The position numbers were made by a program, and so were the translations under genes. A stretch of DNA of 63,395 bases, the filler included, from Chiloscyllium plagiosum (taxonomy: Eukaryota): NCBI RefSeq assembly GCF_004010195.1. It is 5 parts of one record of this genome, joined end to end, with 100 filler letters (N's around TTAATTAATTAA, not from the genome) between each part and the next. Parts side by side here need not be neighbours in the genome. Positions count along the whole stretch, not along the records: positions 61,747 to 63,395 come from NC_057713.1; 4 more parts are not named here. One strand, 5' to 3'. The notes under the pieces are model-generated. The model was given only the letters and a program-made list of their open reading frames with translations, was not told the DNA's origin and made no database searches. Positions within the stretch are counted from its first letter, which is position 1. The number at the start of each line of letters is the position of its first letter. Shown in pieces: positions 62,555 to 63,395 of the stretch.

Positions 62555-63395
62555 TGATATAAATGATTTGAATGTAAGCTTAAGAGGCATAGTTAGTAAG
62601 TTTGCTGGTGACACCAAAATTGGAGGTAGAGTGGATAATGAAGAAGTTTACCTCAGATTACAACGGGATCTTGATCAGATCGGACAATGGGCTAAGGAGT
62701 GGCAGATGGAGTTTAATTTAGATAAATGCGAGGCACTGCATTTTGGAAAAGCAAATCTTAGCAGGACTTACACACTTAATGGTAAGGTCCTAGGGAGTGT
62801 TGCTGAACAAAGAGACCTTGGAGTGCAGGTTCATAGCTCCTTGAAAGTGGAGTCACAGGTAGATAGGATAGTGAAGAAGGTGTTTGGTATGCTTTCTTTT
62901 ATTGATTTGGAGATGCTGGTGTTGGATTGGGGTGTACAAAGTTAAAAATCACACAACCCCAGGTTATAGGCCAACAGGTTTAATTGGAAACACACTAGCT
63001 TTCGGAGCAATGCTCTTTTATCAGGTGGTAGCACCTAATGAAGGAGCGTTGCTCCGAAAGCTAGTGTGCTTCCATTTAAACCTGTTGGATATAACCTGGG
63101 GTTGTGTGATTTTTAACTTTCTTTTATTGGTCAGAGTATTGAGTACAGGAGTTGGGAGGTCATGTTGCGGCTGTGCTACAACACTGCATGCAATTCTGGT
63201 CTCCTTCCTATCGGAAATATGTTGTGAAACTTGAAAGGATTCAGAAAGGATTTACAAGGATGTTGCCAGGATTGGAGGATTTGAGCTATAGGGAGAGGTT
63301 GAATAGGCTGGGGCTGTTTTCCCTGGAGCATTGGAAGCTGAGGGGTGACCTTATAGAGGTTTACAAAATTATGAGGGGCATGGATAGGATAACTA
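62555..63395 (+). mobile_element. CR1 LINE RT region interrupted by the element at 62905-63116
   Basis: SKFAGDTKIGG...WQMEFN...QRDLGVQV...KKVFGMLSFI|GQSIEYRSWEVML...LRGDLIEVYKIMRGMD. Confidence 0.92.
62905..63116. mobile_element. Fold-back PLE mini-element of the AGCU-loop family, 13-bp TSD
   Basis: TSD CTTTCTTTTATTG at 62892-62904 and 63117-63129; opposed hammerheads CUGAUAA...GAAAGCUA (-) and CUAAUGA...GAAAGCUA (+); one-sided tail of about 33 nt. Confidence 0.92.

Noticed and set aside
22716..63116. Fold-back elements as classical DNA-transposon MITEs or miRNA genes
   Set aside because: The inverted repeats are asymmetric, TSDs are long and variable (13-19 bp) and the arms are PLE pLTR sequence; there is no expression evidence for miRNA.

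Overview
Repeat-rich, largely non-genic vertebrate genomic DNA, very probably from an elasmobranch (shark). This is inferred from HE1/V-SINE-type tRNA SINEs, abundant CR1 LINEs with an SGNH-esterase ORF1, DeuSINE-like relics and several Penelope-like element (PLE) families. It is a scaffold of short contigs: four 100-nt spacers (44N-TTAATTAATTAA-44N) plus one 260-N gap. The only recognisable host coding sequence is one 163-bp exon of a dynamin-1-like (DNM1L/Drp1-family) gene, on a small GC-rich contig between gaps. Mobile DNA includes a Tx1/L1-clade LINE, many CR1 fragments, PLE reverse-transcriptase fragments, a Harbinger-type Myb/SANT relic and a possible solo LTR. The most striking signal is a dense set of minimal type-I hammerhead ribozyme motifs (CUGANGA-N-stem II-GAAA-palindromic ACGU/AGCU-NUH) from at least three PLE families. 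Seven short (about 170-360 bp) non-coding fold-back insertions are built from these hammerhead-bearing PLE ends. Each is an inverted pair of arms plus a one-sided tail, flanked by a 13-19 bp target-site duplication. In several, both arms carry the same rare substitution, and in one the inverted arm stops exactly at the predicted ribozyme cleavage site. PLE hammerheads, inverted pLTRs and tails are established knowledge; the mechanistic readings offered here are inference. Family names come from motif recognition, not database searches, and most repeat boundaries are approximate.
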